This document shows, piece after piece, positions 51,918 through 53,424 of a stretch of DNA of 53,424 nucleotides. Source of the DNA: a virus (taxonomy: Duplodnaviria > Caudoviricetes); IMG/VR virus record IMGVR_UViG_3300006945_000001, positions 1 to 53,424 of that record; one strand, given 5' to 3'. The first letter of the stretch is position 1, and each line of letters begins with the position of its first letter. The translations under genes were made by a program, and so were the position numbers. The notes under the pieces were generated by a model. It was not told the DNA's origin. It ran no database searches and saw nothing but the letters and a program-made list of their open reading frames with translations.

Positions 51918-52911
51918 TGCTCTCCTCTCTTTCGGCGAAAGTGACCTTCAGGTATGCGCTTCTGGATTGCTCTGTGGTGAACCTCTCGATCTGTTCCGGC
52001 GTCGGATTGAGAGATCGCGCCAGGGCTTCCCAATCGGTTGCAGCCTGGGGCCGGGGCCGCACCCAAGTGGCCTTGCCGAAGGCGCCCTTCATGCCTTTGT
52101 TGTGGCCCACCAGATTCATCAGGTGGTTTCGGGCGAGCTGCTCGGCTTGTCGGAGTTTTTCGATCTGCGCTTGCGCATCGCGCAGACGCGCTGCCCAATG
52201 CTCGACCTCCGACGTGGCTTGGACTACTTGCTCGGTTCCTTGGTGGAATCGCTTCGCGAGGTACTGCGCGTAGGACTTGCTGGCGTCTATCGGCGGGGGC
52301 GTTTGCGTGAGTACATGCCGCTGCCAGAAATCAACGCCAGCTTTCAGCAGCGCGGACTCGAGCTCGGCGTTGCGCCGCACCGTGTAAACCTCCAGCCGGT
52401 TGCCGGAGAAGAGGACAGCCACATCCCAATGGCTCAGGCCGGTCAGCGCCATGTACCACGCGCACTGAAGCAAGTAGTGACGCGGGATTTCGTCTGTGCC
52501 CGGCTTGCCCCATTCCCGGCCCTGGAAGCCGGCGTTCTTGATCTCCAGGCCGCGCTCGGCGTCCGGCACGATGGCGTCGGGCGTGCCAATCAGGAAGCGA
52601 TGCTCGGCGTGCTCAATAATCGTGTGCCCGCGCCAGACGTTCGCGACGCCAGGGAATAGGCGCGCGATCTCCGCGCCGCGCACCAGCGTCGAGCCAGTCA
52701 GATCGGCGTACTCCTCGGCGATCACTGGCTCCAGGCGGTTACCGAGCCGCATCGCCTGAGTCTCCGGCTGCTGGGCCAGGCCCAGCTTGGCCAAATACAC
52801 GTCAATCGCATTGCGCCAGGGGTTCAGGCCGAGGATCGCGGAAATGTCCGTGCCGCCGATCCCGCCCTTGCGCTGGGTGAGCCACTGCTCTTTCAGGTCG
52901 GTTGAACTCAC
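51901..52911 (-). CDS. YqaJ-like viral recombinase exonuclease
   Basis: WLTQRKGGIGGTD, GNRLEP, GTPDA, LEIKN, IPRHYLLQCAWYM. Confidence 0.95.
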   Translation of the reverse strand: MSSTDLKEQWLTQRKGGIGGTDISAILGLNPWRNAIDVYLAKLGLAQQPETQAMRLGNRLEPVIAEEYADLTGSTLVRGAEIARLFPGVANVWRGHTIIEHAEHRFLIGTPDAIVPDAERGLEIKNAGFQGREWGKPGTDEIPRHYLLQCAWYMALTGLSHWDVAVLFSGNRLEVYTVRRNAELESALLKAGVDFWQRHVLTQTPPPIDASKSYAQYLAKRFHQGTEQVVQATSEVEHWAARLRDAQAQIEKLRQAEQLARNHLMNLVGHNKGMKGAFGKATWVRPRPQAATDWEALARSLNPTPEQIERFTTEQSRSAYLKVTFAEREESNEHAA

Positions 52912-53183
52912 TGCGCCACCTCAACCCGGCCATACACATCCTCGTAGCTCAGCGGCCTGCCATCGGCAGGCTCGACCCTGCTCAGGGCGATGATCAGTTT
53001 GGCGCTCACCAGTTCGGGCACGCGCTTGGACGGCGTGGACACCCAAGTGTGCACGGTGGTCCTGGACACCCCCAAGGCGCGGGCCAACCGGCTCACTCCA
53101 AACCTGCGCGCCCAAGTCCGAAAGCGGTCCGATGGCGCTGTGGGTTTCAGGAACACAACGGGATGGGGCTGTAACCTGCTCAT
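52908..53183 (-). CDS. Cro-like HTH regulator
   Basis: GVSRLARALGVSRTTVHTW; ATG 53183 after GAGGAGG; first gene of the early operon. Confidence 0.75.
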   Translation of the reverse strand: MSRLQPHPVVFLKPTAPSDRFRTWARRFGVSRLARALGVSRTTVHTWVSTPSKRVPELVSAKLIIALSRVEPADGRPLSYEDVYGRVEVAQ

Positions 53184-53300
53184 GGCCTCCTCTCGATTTC
53201 CAGGGGACACCAAGGCGATCCCGGCGTCCCAGGCTGTTTGAAGGACTAGATTGGCAGGTAGATCAAGCTAGGGGAGGGTTCTGCAAGATTGAAAGCCGTA

Positions 53301-53316
53301 GTGCAACGGGTTGCAC
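53301..53316. promoter_or_regulatory. Perfect inverted repeat GTGCAAC-GG-GTTGCAC, candidate operator
   Basis: In the intergenic region upstream of the Cro-like gene. Confidence 0.4.
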
Positions 53317-53424
53317 AATCCGGGCTGGCCCAGTGGCGACCAGAATGTGCCCTCAGAATCAGAGATGCAGACGCGAGCGGAACTGGGGCGGCAGCGGGGG
53401 ACATACATCTGCCGGCCTGCGGAA

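Larger units (their letters stand above)
71..53213 (-). mobile_element. Temperate lambda-like siphovirus prophage (ends not defined; probably extends past the right edge)
   Basis: Co-oriented minus-strand modules for integration, lysis, tail, head, packaging, replication and recombination in canonical lambdoid order, with four accessory insertions. Confidence 0.95.

Noticed and set aside
1-53424. tRNA/rRNA genes and attL/attR direct repeats
   Set aside because: None recognisable by eye; serine-integrase att sites share little identity and the right end appears to lie outside the window

Overview
The window is almost entirely one temperate, lambda-like siphovirus prophage, with core genes on the minus strand. 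Read right to left: Cro-like HTH, YqaJ exonuclease and a putative annealing partner, RusA, replication initiator and DnaC-like loader, HD hydrolase, gpZ-like gene, a lambda-like cos site, a ParB/cupin/PAPS-reductase (IbrA-like)/ParB (IbrB-like) cluster, TerS/TerL (GpA type), gpW, portal, S49 protease, decoration and major capsid proteins, and a tail module with a -1 frameshift chaperone and tape measure. These are followed by a holin/SLT-endolysin lysis cassette and a large serine recombinase at the left end. Four accessory slots interrupt the core (about 2.0-6.7, 8.05-9.7, 27.7-28.9 and 34.7-47.4 kb). The 12.7 kb slot looks like a defence island: PD-(D/E)XK nucleases, a TIR-SLATT(2TM)-TIR operon with no ThsA, a type IIG R-M fusion, HTH-IrrE plus PIN, an orphan RadC N-terminal domain and a RadA/Sms paralog lacking its zinc finger. 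The best candidates for undescribed biology are the TIR-SLATT-TIR system, the ParB-cupin-IbrA-IbrB cluster, a palindrome (ACACCT-NN-AGGTGT) at the left border of all four slots, and a frameshifted terminase remnant fused to the integrase 3' end. All protein calls come from motif recognition by eye; no database searches were run. The prophage probably continues beyond the right edge, as no CI-like repressor or att site was identified.
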